Shown here: in pieces, positions 38,736 through 52,065 of the stretch
Layout: every line of letters begins with the position of its first letter
How positions within the stretch are numbered: position 1 is the first letter of the stretch
NCBI RefSeq assembly: GCF_004010195.1
Contig: NC_057739.1
Location: 19,146,153 to 19,210,152 of the forward strand
Length of the DNA stretch: 64,000 nt
Direction of reading: 5' to 3'
Origin: Chiloscyllium plagiosum
Lineage: Eukaryota
The notes under the pieces: generated by a model
The model's input: only the letters and a program-made list of their open reading frames with translations
Told to the model about the DNA's origin: nothing
The model's database searches: none
Translations under genes and position numbers: made by a program

Positions 38736-39241
38736 TTGTGAAACTTGAAAGGGTTCAGAAAAGATTTACAAGGATGTTGCCAGGGTTGGAGGATTTGAGC
38801 TATAGGGAGAGGTTGAATAGGCTAGGGCTGTTTTCCCTGGAGCGTTGGAAGTTGAGGGGTGACCTTATAGAGATTTATAAAATCATGAGGGGCATGGATA
38901 GGATAAATAGACAAAGTCTTTTCCCTGGGGTGAGAGAGTCCAGAACTAGAGGGCATAGGTTTAAGGTGAGAAGGGAAAGACATAAAAGAGACCTAAGGGG
39001 CAACTTTTTCACGCAGAGGTGGTACATATGTGGAATGAGCTGCCAGAGGAAGTGGCTGACATTGGTACAATTGCAACATTTAAAAGGTATCCAGATGGGT
39101 ATATGAATAGGAAGGGTTTGGAGGGATATGGGCCAGCTGCTGGCTTGTGGGACTAGATTGGGTTGGGATATCTGGTCGACATGGGTGAGTTGGACAAAAG
39201 GGTCTGTTTCCATGCTGTACATCTAATCGACTCCATGACTG
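38736..39241 (+). mobile_element. CR1 (HER1-like) 3' end
   Basis: KLERVQKRFTRMLPGL...TRGHRFKVR; 3'UTR GGGTCTGTTTCCATGCTGTACATCT. Confidence 0.95.
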
Positions 39242-39569
39242 TCTGATCACAGTGACATAGAGCATGTGGACATGTGGTGTGTGTACCCGCTGCCCAAGGA
39301 GCATGCCCCGAGATGCTGGTACTGGGTGTCCAAGGTGACGATCTGAAGGTGGTAGTGGCAAACTGCAGTCACCAAGTGTCCACTCAGACGTCCATGCTGG
39401 GCACCTAGTTTCTTCATGGGAGGGGAGATGATAGGAAGCTGCATATTAATAAATGCGTAGGTAATAAAGATGACAACAAGCAACAATCCCCATTAATAGG
39501 CATTTCGGTACGCCCAGATGTGAATCACATCTCAAACCCACCATCCGGATTGGCTGTAAAGGACTTTTC

Positions 39570-39890
39570 ACATGATTTACCCACATCACCATAGCCTGCA
39601 TTGTTCAGCCCATACCTTCACCCACATCAATCCTCTGATTCTGCCCCATGAAACCTTTTGCCAGTCAATCTCTCCAGCCCTCCATCCTGTCCAAGTTTCC
39701 CTTCTTTCTCATTGTCCCATGCTACCTCCCCCTTTCACTTGGAAAGTTTGATTTTCCCAGTTCTGATGAAAGGTCACAAACCTGCAATGTTAACTTTGTT
39801 GCTCCCAGCACAGATACTGCCCAATCTGCTGAGTATATCCAACATTTTCTGTTTTCATTTCAGATTTCCAGCTCCTGTGATATTCTGCTT
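39570..39890 (+). mobile_element. Old PLE 3' region relic
   Basis: Pyrimidine-rich stretch then CCCAGTTCTGATGAAAGGTCAC...CAGATACTGCC...CTGCTGAGTAT...TTTCAGATTTCCAGC. Confidence 0.6.
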
Positions 39891-40896
39891 GATTTTACTG
39901 CTCATGTTTTCACCCATAACTTCCCTTATCAGCACGTCATGTGAAATACAACATCCTGTGCTGCATCTATATATCTTATTGATGCAGAAAGTCAAGGGGG
40001 AAAGAAAAGATTGTTTACGTCCAATATATTTCCCATTTTACCAGGAAACTTTCAACTTTCATTGAATTTTCAACGACTTTTGTTTTCAATTGATTAATTG
40101 CCCCCTGCCCCTCCCCCAGTTCAGTCTGGTATTGTTCTCCCATCCTGAGTCTATATTAAAACCCATTTCTTCAGGACCAGTGCTGCTCTTGGGTTTATTT
40201 CCCTCTCCACTCAAGGGCTGTCCTGCTGCTGAATAAATGTTGCAAAAGGCAGGCAGCATAGAGGCAAGTCTGCAGCCAAAACCCCTGAACATTCAAATGT
40301 CAATTAACAGCAACCCAGGTACTGTAGTTACTCTAATTTTAATTATCAATCACTGCCAGTGACTATGCTTTCAGTTGCTAAGACCCTGAACTCTTGAATT
40401 CCCTCCCTAAATTTCTGCACCTTCATTTCCCTCTTTATGCATTCCTCTGTGGCCAGTCTTTCAGTTTTCTGCCCAAGCACAGTATTTTATCATCTTAAAG
40501 GTGCTCTACATATGCAAGTTCTCGTCATCATTGAAAATGCACAGTTGGATTGCAGTCAACCCCATAACAGCACAGTGTCAACAGCGGATGCCACCTGCAT
40601 GGGTCTCTACACACAGAAAGCACATAATCAATTCATACCATTCCCCCAGTCTCACTCTTTGAGTTAGACCACTTGAGATTGACATTTAAATTTTAAAAAG
40701 AAATTAATCAGGATAGTGAATAAATATCATCACGCTTCAATGCAATGAAGGATTGGACAATGTCTTCCGCTCCAATTACCAGCGAAATTTGTGATATTCT
40801 GGCACTTCACTGCACAAATGCAACAAACTAACAGCAGCACTTCACTCTGTACAGCAGCCAAAGTCACATTGAGCACAGCCACACGTATTTAACACA

Positions 40897-43725
40897 CATA
40901 GAGTCACAGAGTCATACAGCACGGAAACAGACCTTTCAGTCCAACTCATCCACGCAGACCAGAGGTTTCATTCTGACCTAACCTCATTTGCCAGGATCTG
41001 GCCCATATTCCCTCTAAACCCTTCCTATTCATATACCCATGCAGATGTCTTTTCAATGTTGTAATTGCACCAGTCTCCACCACTTTTTCTGGCAGCTTAT
41101 TCCATACACACACCACCCTCTGCATGAAAAAAGTTACCTCTTTGATCTTTTTTTAAACCTTTCCCCTCTCACATCAAATCTATGTCCACTAGTTGTGGGC
41201 TCCCTCAGCCTAGGAAAAAGATGTTATCTATTTACCCTATCCTTGTCCCTCATGATTTTATAAACCTCTATAAGGTCACGTCTCAGTTTCTGATGCCCCA
41301 GGGAAAAATGCCCCAGCCTATTCAGCCTCTCCCTATAACTCTAACTTTTCAGTCCTGGCAACATCCTTGTAAATCTTTTCTGAACCTTCTCACATTTAAT
41401 AATTTTCTTCCTGTAGAAGGGCAACGAGAATTGTACACAGTATTCTAAAAGTGGCTTCATCAACGTCTTGTACAGCCCTAACATGACATCCCAATGCCTA
41501 TACTCAGTGCACTGGCCAATAAAGGCAAGTGTGTCAAACGCTATCCTCACCACATTGTTTACCTGCAACACCATGTTCAAAGAACTATGCACACCCTAGG
41601 TCTCTTTGTTCGGCAACACTCCCAAGAGCCCTACCATTAATTCCTGCCCTGGTTTGCCTAACCAAAATGCAACACCTCATATTTATCTAAATTAAACTCC
41701 AACTGTCACTCCTCGGCCCATTGACCCATCTGATCAAGGTCCCTTTGTACTCTGAGATAATCTTCTTCCTAGTCCACTACACCACCTATTTTGATGTTAT
41801 TTACAAACTTACTAACTATACTTCCTATATTCACATCCAAATCATTTATTTCAATGACGAAAAGCAGTGGACACAGCACCGATCCTTGCAGCCCGTTGCG
41901 GGGTACAGTCCTCCAGTCCATAAAGCAACTGTCTCTCAACCTTCAAGCCAATTTTTATCCAGTTGGTTAGCTCCCCTGGGCCTCATGCCATCTAACTTGA
42001 CTAACCAGCCTACCATCTGGAACCTTGTCGAATGCTTTATTGAAATCCATATAGACAATATCTACTATTCAATTTTCTTTAGCACCTCTTCAAAAAACTC
42101 AATCAAGTTAGTGAGACACAATTTCCCACACGTAAACCATATTGACTATCCCTAATCGGTCCTTGCCTTTCCAAATACATGTAAATCCTGTCCCTCAGAA
42201 TCCCCTCCAGCAGTTTACTCACCACTGACATAAGGTTTACCAGGCTATAGTTTTCTGGCTTTATCCTTACAGCTTTTCTTAAATAATAGGATTACATTAG
42301 CCAACCTCCTGTCTTCTGGAATGTCTGGTCAGCATAGATGAGTTGGACCAAACTGTCTGTTTCCATGCTGTATGACGCTATGACTCTATGATTTACCCAT
42401 GGCTGTCGATAATACAACATCTCAACAAGGGGCCCAGCAATCACCTCCCTAGCTTCCCACAAAAGTTCTGGGAAACACCTGATCAGGTCTCGGGATTTTA
42501 AGATCTTTCATGCATTTTACGATCTCCAGCACCTCCTCTTCTTAATATGAACTCTTTTCAAGACATCACTATTTATTCCCCTAAGTTCCATAGTTTCGAT
42601 GTCCTTCTCCACAATAAATTCTGACATGAAATATTCAATTAGTATATCACACATCTCCTGTTAAGGAGATCTATTCTCTCCCCAGTTATTCTTTTGCCCT
42701 TAATACACTTATAGAATCTCTTTAGATTTTCCACAACTCTATTTGCCAAAACTATCTCATGTACCCTTTTTGCCTTCCTAATAACCCTGTTAAGTATACT
42801 CCAACTGCCCTTCTATTCCTCTAGGGATTCATTTAATCCCAGCTGTCTATACCTGATATATGCCTCCTTCCTTTTCTTGACCACTGCCTCAATTACTTTA
42901 ATCATCCAGCATTCCCTACACCTACCAGCCTTGCCCTTCATGCAAACAGGAAAATACTGACTCTGAACTATTATTATTGCATTTTTAAAGGCTTTCCACT
43001 TCTCAACCATCTCCTTACCTGCAAATAGCCTCTCCCAATCAATTTTGAAAATACCTGTCTAATACCATTTAAATTGGCCTTACTTCAATATAGAACAATA
43101 AATTTTTGATCAGTTCTATCCTTTTCCATAATTATTTTAAAACTAATAGAATTATGATCATTTGCTCCAAAGTGCTCCCCCACTGACACCTCATTCACTT
43201 GACTTACCTTATTTCCCAAATGAAGGTCAATACCAGTAAGTACATCCACATATTGAATCTGAAAATTTTCTTGTACACACTTAACAAATTCCTCCCCACC
43301 TAAGCCTTTAACACTATGATGGTCTATGTTTGGAAAGTTAAAATCCCCTACCATTACAACCCTATTTTTCTTATAAATACCTGAGATATCCTTACATATT
43401 TGCTTCTCAATTTCCTGCTAACCATTGGCAGGGCCTATAATACAATCCCAACAAGGTGATCATCCCTTTCTTATTTCTCAGTTCCATCTATTTAACTTCA
43501 TTGGACAATCTCCCAGGAATATCCTTACTAAGTACAGCCATAATGTTTTCCCTAACCAAAGATGACTCTCCTCTCCTCTCTTCCCCCTATATCTACCTTT
43601 CCTATAGCCTCTATGTCCCGGAACATGAAGCTACCAGTCCTGACCATCCCTGAGTTATGTTTCTATAATAGCTATGATATCCCAGACCCACATTCACAAC
43701 CATGCCCTAAGTCCATCTCCCTTCT
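40897..43725 (-). mobile_element. Longest CR1 copy (~2.8 kb, most of ORF2), decayed
   Basis: VGDFNFPNID, NDHNSISF, RT region, LYKTLMKPLLEYCVQF and 3' tail. Confidence 0.93.
42323..42391 (+). mobile_element. Tiny CR1 3' tail inserted antisense into the CR1
   Basis: GTCTGGTCAGCATAGATGAGTTGGACC...TCTGTTTCCATGCTGTATGACGCTATGACTCTATGA. Confidence 0.85.
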
Positions 43726-45700
43726 ATAAAGTGATCATATTCAAAATGAGACCCATTTCTATTCACTGTCAGAGCAAGAAGCAACTCCAATGATACAATG
43801 GAACTATTTCAAAGCATTCAGAATTTGCATTCCAAAAAAACATATGGCAGGCAGAAAAGAGTCATCTCAACAAAATCACCTGTTACAAGATGTAAAACAA
43901 ACCATAATCCAACATCCAATCCATTTGTGATGAGTACTTCATAATAACCTGACTCGAACAAAATAAGATACTGTGAAGTACCTTGCAGTTTACCATTAAA
44001 GTGAATCTGCAGCAGTTGTGTAGCTATTTGAGAAGACATGCTCATCCAGGAAAGTCAGTAATGTTCAGACAGAGGTTTCTCTCAACCAATAGTTTATTTG
44101 TTTAGTCTCCTGAGAGAGTGGTTGAATGATGGAGTCCAGAGAAGATTCAATGTTCAGTTTGTGTTCAGTTAACAGATGGGTGCCCAGACAGTATTACAAT
44201 TGACCTCAGCAAAGTTTGGAGATGGGGGTGATTGAGCACAGGAATATCAGCTATACATTCAACTCCTAAAAGATATAGAGCAACATATGCTGAAAGTCAA
44301 ACTTGGTGAACACTGATCATAAACATTATTTCCTTCACTCATGAGACTCCCCTTGCTCAAATAAAAAGCCAAACAACACTCAATGTTTGGGATCATGGTT
44401 GACCATTTTTAGCAATTTACCTGATGGGATAGGGTCAATACTTGCATGAAATGAAGGAATAAAGTAGAAGGAGCATGAATATTTATGTAGCAAATTGACC
44501 ACACAGTCTCATTAAGCAAATAAATATTTGCATTACAATGGTAATTTAGATAGATTTGTTGCTAAATAAGGATAATTATTCCTCTTCATTATTCTGGTCA
44601 AGTACTGAAGTCCTTCAGTGGGTTAACAAACCTGTTGTGTTTTTCCCACACTTGCTAAATTTGAAACTGAAGCAACCCAGAAAAGCCTACAATTAAATCT
44701 ATGGTTAATTATTAAACCATCAGCTGAGTAATTTGTGTTAATAAAATTTTTGTTGATGTTAGGAGCAAATTTTGTTGCAGAATTATTTCATTATTTTTTT
44801 CAAGCACAGACACAGCTTGTTTGAATAATACTGCCTGTGGTACAAGCATTGACAATTCATCTGTTGGGAAATAACCGAATCACTGAAGGCTGCTCCATGG
44901 AACATCTCCATAGAAACTAAACCAGTCAGCACTGATACACCACTCCACAGCTAATTTAAATATGACAGTAAACAGCGAAGCCCATCTAACTGAAAAAAAA
45001 CTGCATCAAGCAAGAGGACGTATAAAGTATAATTAGATATATACTAAATTATTAATGTATCTTTGCCAAATCAAATGAGACCATACAGCATATAATTATT
45101 TGAGAATATTAAATTTCAGTCTCGGCATTTGGATTTTATTTTGTAGGTAATTGAAGAGTGTAAAGATGTTTATTTTTTTCCAATACAGAATCCCCAATTA
45201 ATGCAATGCTTAAATAATATCACAATAAAACATTAGGGATTCCCAAAGAATTTTCTTCATGCAGGTTCTCCCTGCAGATGTCCTTATTTTCAGAACAATC
45301 AATGTGTGTAAAATAAATTGGATTAACCAAATGTCCCAGCTCTGGTTGCACCTTCTCCAAATTCCTTCTTCCTTTCACTTTCACCAACAAGATACAATTT
45401 CAGTCCTATTGTTTGTTTGTTGATATTCCAGTTCATTGCCATCGTCGGCCTCTTTTCCACTAAGGGAGGGCTATCCTGATTCTGGGACTTGCAATGAGGG
45501 CACAATGCGCTGCTGGGAAAATATTTCAAAGAGCCACAAGGAGCATGAACAGGTGAAGAGGAAAAAGCCAAGAAATTAACTTATAGCAGGAACCCTCCAA
45601 TCTCCAGTGTCACTACATTACTCTGTAACCATCACTTCCCCAATCCTTCTATACTTTTCCTTTGCAAATATTTATCCCCTTCCTTTCCAAATGTTACTCT

Positions 45701-46097
45701 TGTTGCAATGGTACAACTTGGAAAAAAGAACTCAGACGACCACAACTACACTGCTTTGTATGAGCTAGCTGGACTCTTGTCACTATCCTCTTTTTAAGTT
45801 TGGGATTGACAAGGCCTGCTTTGTCCACCGTGGCAGTGGATACGACCAGGTGGTTCAACATGAAGAGGCTCTGGATTTGAACAAGATGCATTTTATTGCA
45901 TGCTTATAACCAACTACATAACATTGGTATGACAGACATTATTATTAACAAAACGAGGAAGCCTCGATCGTGAATATGCCTCCCTTGAGTTCCAGAGTTG
46001 CTCTGCTGTTCTTCACCCAAGTCCTTATGATCTCATTGGATTGGATAGAGCTTATATAGTCTTCACCATTAACCTTTTCAGAAACATTCACTTAACA
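45701..46097 (-). mobile_element. Probable solo LTR (~397 bp)
   Basis: Ends TGTT...AACA; flanks ACTCT/ATTCT (5-bp TSD, 1 mismatch); minus-strand CTATATAAG near 46055 and AATAAA near 45895. Confidence 0.5.
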
Positions 46098-47314
46098 ATT
46101 CTCTACCTCAATAGCCACTTGGAATAAAGGATCCCAGAGTCTAACAACCCTCAGTTTAGGAATCGTCCAACTCAGTTCTTCCACTTTACTGACTGTTCCT
46201 CTCTCAGTATTGTCCCCACTTCATGTTCTGCCTTGCTGCTCTTATGTCTGCAGAGAATGTTAGTGTCCATACTCAGCTCCACTGATAGGAACCCTGATCT
46301 CCCGACTGCTAGTTCCAACGCTCACCTTATTGTTCTGCAGTCCCCTTCACTTCCCTTTCTCTTTTGATCCTTATCCCTTATTCTCCGCCTCTTCCTGAAC
46401 CCATTTTTAGAGACCACCACAGAATTTAGTCTACCTCCATCCACCACAAATGCTGAGGCACATCTCGCATGTTAAACCCTCTTTCCAAATAACATGATCC
46501 ACTCTCCAGCCCACATTTATGGTTAGATATGATTGCATGATTGTGGTTGTGGTTATATGTGGAGGTGGTTGGGTGAGGTCAAGGAGTCGCTGCAGCAGGA
46601 AATTTAATGCAAAGATTGCTGTGTAATCTAGATGCAATATTCTAGTGGCTGCCATTTTGTAAAAGTACAGTGCAGTCTTTCTCCAGTATCTATAATGAGT
46701 GGATACCAGTGCTTTTATTGTTCTCTGATGAATTAAGTCCCTGGATTCACACACTGCATCTTCACTATGCCACGCACAATGATGTACAAAACACCTGAAT
46801 GGAATTGGAATGAGCAATTAACTTGAATAAATATGTATGTATGAATCCTGTGGGCAGGAAAAGACCAGCTGTTCTAATGAAAGTGCCCATACAATTGTGC
46901 TGCAACTAAGCACCAGGACCCCTGATCCTCACACCCACCAGCTGTCAAGTAACCCTGAGAAGCAATTAAAAACCCAGGATGATCCAAGAGGAATAACAAC
47001 TTTAACGATCCCTCTCTGGACCCAGAGGATGCCCACTCACTAATTAAAGGCGTTGAAACTTCAAAGGAGTTTATGATGAAGCCTGAATCGATATTAGCAT
47101 TTTCACAAGCACATTAACCTAACCATCATGTATGTAATATGGACCTAGCATTCAGAGAGACCATCACTTTCCATGTTTGCTTAAGTACAATACAAAACCA
47201 CTTTAACTTAACAGCTACTTCAGAAACCAAAGTAAGAGAGGTTTGTCAGTAAACAGCACACCAGCTCACCGAGAACAAATGCTTTCGAGACTTCTCCCGT
47301 CAACATTGATGAAA

Positions 47315-47360
47315 TGGACTAAAGGGTCTGTTTCCGTGCTTTACATTTCTATGACTCTGT
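47315..47360 (+). mobile_element. Minimal CR1 3' tail
   Basis: TGGACTAAAGGGTCTGTTTCCGTGCT...CTATGACTCT. Confidence 0.75.
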
Positions 47361-47785
47361 AACCCATTGCAAAAAGCCACATGGCCATTCTTCATTTTAA
47401 ACTATTTTAAAATGCTCAAAGTCATAACTGACAGGTTCGCAGTCTGTTAAGAACTTTTAAAGCAAGTTTTGACTTCGGCTTTTATTTTATTCCAGCAGCC
47501 AGATTTCAACATGAGAAAATGAATAATCCCTTGCTGAAGGAGGACACATATCTTGAAAAAAATTAGTTTTGACAAAAGACTGTGAAAAAAATGCAAAAAA
47601 TAGACGCCTCCTCTGCATTTTGAAGTAAGCACAAAAGGGAGATGTTCTAGTGGCTAACTAGTTTTCTGTCTTGCCTAATTGTGTCCCTGTCAGTGCTCAA
47701 CAGTTTCCAAAGAATCCTACTGTAAATAGAAACATGAGATGGAGATGAAGTGGTTTGACACCCTATTACCCCATGTCCATGCATC

Positions 47786-48238
47786 CAGAAAAGATTTACA
47801 AGGATGTTGCCAGGATTGGAGGATTTGAGTTATAGGGCGAGGTTGAATAGACTAGGGCTGTTTTCCCTGGAGCACCAGCGGCTGAGGTTATAGAGGTTTA
47901 TAAAATGATGAGGGGCATGGATAGGATAAACAGACAAAGTCTTTTCCCTGGGGTGGGGGGAGTCCAGAACAAGATTTAGGGTGAGAGGGGAAAGATATAA
48001 AAGGGATCTAAGGTGCAATTTTTTCACGCAGAGAGAGGTGCATGTATGGAATGAGCTGCCAAAAGAAGTGGTGGAGGCTGGTACAATTGCACCATTTAAA
48101 ATGCATCTGAATGGGTATATGAATAGGAAGAGTTTAGAGGGATATAGGCCAAGTGCTGGCAAGTGGACTAGATTGGGTTGGGATGTCTGGTCAGCGTGAA
48201 CAGGTTGGACTAAAGGGTCTGTTTCCATGCTGTACATC
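47786..48238 (+). mobile_element. CR1 (HER1-like) 3' end
   Basis: RGERYKRDLRCNFFTQREVHVWNELP and 3'UTR. Confidence 0.93.
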
Positions 48239-48251
48239 AACTAACTGCATT

Positions 48252-48582
48252 AGAATCATAGAATCCCTACACTGTGGAAGCAGCCCATCAAGTCCATACG
48301 GACCCACTGAGGAGCATCCCACCCAGACCCACACCCCCATCTCTGTACCTCTACAGTTCCAATGGCTAATCCACCTAGTCTGCACATCCCTGGACACAAG
48401 GGCAATGTAACCTGGCCAATCCACCTAACCTGTATATGTTTGGATTGAGGGAGGAAACCAGAGCACCCATAGGAAACCCACACAGACACAGCGAGAATGT
48501 GCAAACTCCATATAGACAGTTGCCTGAGGCTGGAATCGAACCCAGATGTCTGGTGCTGTAAGGCAGCAATGTGAACCACTGA
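48252..48582 (-). mobile_element. HE1-type V-SINE
   Basis: Antisense head, GGGTTCGATTCC B-box, V-domain and (ATTCTATG) tail. Confidence 0.88.
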
Positions 48583-48596
48583 CCTATTATATTGTC

Positions 48597-48930
48597 TGGT
48601 GGCAGAGTGATAATGTTACTGGATTTATCAACCAGACCCCGAGGGTAAAGTAGTGGAGCATGGGTCCAAATGCCAATAGCAGTTTCTGAAATTTTCTTCA
48701 ATAAAATAAAAATGTGGAATCAAAAGTTAACTTAATGATGAACCCATGCCAATTGCTGAAATACCATCTGGTTCATTAATATCCTCTTTTTGGGAATAAA
48801 ATCTGCCATCCTTACCTGATCCAGCCTACATGTAACTTCAGACACACAGCAATGTGGTTAATTTTTAACTACTCTCTGAGTATTTAGGGAGAAGCAGTAA
48901 ATGTTGACATAGCCAATGCCAACCACATCT
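48597..48930 (+). mobile_element. Family-B tRNA SINE
   Basis: CCATCTGGTTCATTAAT...AATCTGCCATCCTTACCTG...CTACATGTAACTTCAGACACACAGCAATGTGGTT. Confidence 0.75.
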
Positions 48931-48946
48931 CCAAATTATTTTTTTT

Positions 48947-50569
48947 TAAATGAATATTTTGCATCAGTATTTACTGTGGAAAAGGATATGGAAGATATAG
49001 ACTGTAGGGAAATAGATGGTGACATCTTGTAAAATGTCCAGATTACAGAGGAGGAAGTGCTGTATTTCTTGAAATGCATAAAAGTGGATAAATCCCTAGG
49101 ACCTGATCAGGTGTACCCGAGAACTCTGTGGGAAGCTAGAGAAGTGATTGCTGGGCCTCTTGCTGAGATATTTGTATCATCGATAGTCACAGGTGAGGTG
49201 CTGGAAGACTGAAGGTTGGCAAACGTGGTGCCACTGTTTAAAAAGGGCAGTAAAGACGAGCCAGGGAACTATAGACCAGTGAGCCTGGCTCGGTGGTGGG
49301 CAGGTTGTTGGAGGGAATCCTGAGGGACAGGATATACATGTATTTGGAAAGGCAAGGACTGATTCGGGATAGTCAACCTGGCGTTGTGCATGGGAAATCA
49401 TGTCTCACAAACTTCAAAGTTTTTTGAAGAAGTAACAAAGAGGATTGATGAGGGCAGAGTGGTAGATGTGATTTATATGGAGAGAAAATGAGGTCTGCAG
49501 ATGCTGGAGATCAGAGATGGAAATGTGTTGCTGGAAAAGCGCAGCAGGTCAGGCAGCATCCAGGGAACAGGAGAATCGACGTTTTGGGCATAAGCCCTTC
49601 TTCAGGAGATCTCACGGAATACAGAACTAGCCATTTGGATACAGAACTGGCTCAAAGGTAGAAGACAGAGGATGGTGGTGGAGGGTTGTTTTTCAGACTG
49701 GAGGCCTGTGACCAGTGGAGTGCCACAAGGATCGGTGCTGGGCCCTCTACTTTTTGTCATTTACATAAATGATTTGGATGCGAGCATAAGAGGTACAGTT
49801 AGTAAGTTTGCAGATGACACCAAAATTGGAGGCTAGGGCGTGTTGCTGAACAAAGAGACCTTGGAGTGCAGGTTCATAGCTCCTTGAAAGTGGAGTTGCC
49901 GGTAGATAGGATAGTGAAGGAGGTGTTGGTATGCTTTCCTTTATTGGTCAGAGTATTGAGTACAGGGGTTGGAAGGTCATGTTGCAGCTGTACAGGACAT
50001 TGGTTAGGCCACTGTTGAAATATTGCGTGCAATTCTGGTCTCGTTCCTATCAGAAAGATGTTGTGAAACTTGAAAGGGTTCAGAAAAGATTTACAAGGAT
50101 GTTGCCAGGGTTGGAGGATCTGAGCTACAGGGAGAGGCTGAACAGGCTGGGGCTGTTTTCCCTGGAGCGTCGGAGGCTGAGGGTTGACCTTATAGAGGTT
50201 TACAAAATTATGAGGGGCATGGACAGGATAAATAGGCAAAAGTTTTTTCCTGGGGTTGGTGAGTCCAGAACTAGAGGGCATAGATTTAGGGTGAGAGAGG
50301 AAAGATATAAAAGAGACCTAAGGGGCAACTCTTTCACGCAGAGGGTGGTACGTGTATGGAATGAGCTGCCAGAGGATGTGGTGTATGTGCTGGTACAATT
50401 GCAACATTTAAAAAGGCATTTGGATGGGTATATGAATTGGAAGGGTTTGGAGGGATATGGGCCGAGCGCTGGCAGGTGGGACTCGATTGGGTTTGGATAT
50501 CTGGTTGGCCTGGACGGGTTGGACCGAAGGGTCTGTTTCCATGCTGTACATCTCTATGACTCTATGACT
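48947..50569 (+). mobile_element. CR1 (HER1-like) LINE with nested PLE piece and internal deletion
   Basis: RT motifs including [20 protein letters not shown] and FADDTK; ORF 49931-50599 is the ORF2 C-terminus; tail CTCTATGACTCTATGAC. Confidence 0.95.
49481..49606 (-). mobile_element. Short PLE terminal insertion replacing ~55 bp of CR1
   Basis: Antisense of TCCTGAAGAAGGGCTTATGCCC...GCATCTGCAGACCTCA; the host DFSKAFDKVPHGRL segment is missing. Confidence 0.88.
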
Positions 50570-51934
50570 TTAATGTCGAATCTGGCTTGGACATTCTAAG
50601 ACATATTTCCTCATCAAGCACATTATTTCTGTAAAATGTGCCAGTCATTCAATTGGTAAAAAGAATGCAAGAATGTGACATGCTCAATGAGATGAGGGAT
50701 GTTCATGCTGGATAATGAAAGACTTCTCATTCTAAGCCCCAGCATTGCATGAAAGATATCCAAGTCATGCAAGGTAACACCACCTGCAGTTCACCTGACT
50801 CCAACCTCAAATCTGCATTCTGCGATATTATTTTAACTTTTCTCACATTAACTGTCGTGATCCCATCATAAACCTACCAATTAATGCCAGATTATGAGTA
50901 GTTGTGTGCTATAGACATCATTATTTGTTGCTGTTATTATCCTGAGTGATAGGGTTAGGGTAAGATGGAATGGTGTGTGATCAGAGGGCAAGGAAGCAAT
51001 GAAGGGAGAGAGAAAGAGAGCAAGTGACTGACTGTCCAGTTCTCATGCGGGGGTAGCATCTAGTTCAGCTGTGATGCTTGCACAACATGCATAATAAAAC
51101 TCTTTTCTATTTCGATTGTTCTCCACCCATACATCCTGTTTTCTTCTGTAGCTGTCCCTGGAAAACCTCTCCCCACCAACAACTCCAAACCTTCAACATT
51201 TGACTCTTACTTCACTGAGATTTCTGCAGCTACCAATCTGCGCAACCACACCCATAACACCACTACCAATGCCCAAGTCATCATTGCAATTGTTACTGAA
51301 CCATATGCAACTTTGGGGGCACAACCAGGGCTGGGGTGTATTATCACCCCTGGAATTATATTTCCTTTACAATTTTTGTTGCAGTTCAGTTCCCCTTTTA
51401 AGCTTTATTACTGGCAAATTCTGTTTAAATTGTTAATTTGACTATTAAATTTTGATTGGTTAATTAAATGGTTATAAAAACTCCATTTTGATTTAGCCTC
51501 TCACTCCCTCTCCTCACCTTTGCTGTCTGCATGGCCCTTACTGAGGGCATTGCACATAATTTGATTAGTTGGAAACACGGGTGGTTTAGTAACGGTGGAT
51601 AATAAATTAAAATGGCCATGGGGCATTTGGTGTTACCATCCTGTTGGGATTAAAGAAAGGTGGTCCTTGAATACTTTGGGAAGTAGACAGTACAGTGAGC
51701 TCTGCAAGACTGCATCTCTGAGTAAACTTACCATCCAGGAAAATATATGCTCTGTATGCAGTTTCTACTTTACCAGGTGGCTTGGATGAATTTTACAACG
51801 TTGTCTCTCATTGAAACCCTTCCCTGTTGTGGCTCAGTGTCACATTTTTGTTTTAGAATGTCTCTGTGGAGTGCCTTGGGATGTTTTCTTATGTTTTAGG
51901 TGCTATACTAATACAAGTTGCTGCTGTTGTTTTC

Positions 51935-52065
51935 CCAGTTCTAATGCAAGGTTATTGAGCCAAAAGGTTCATTGTGTTTATCTTTCTCCACAGATGCTGC
52001 CTGGCTTGCTGGATGTTTCCAGTATTTTCTGCCTTTATTTCAGATTTCCAACATTCACAGTAGTT
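51935..52065 (+). mobile_element. Old PLE terminal relic, preceded by an L2/DeuSINE-type tail
   Basis: CCACAGATGCTGCCTGGCTTGCTGGATGTTTCCAGTATTTTCTG...TTTCAGATTTCCAAC. Confidence 0.6.

Noticed and set aside
49931-50599. 222-aa ORF as a host gene
   Set aside because: It is the CR1 ORF2 C-terminus of a truncated copy.
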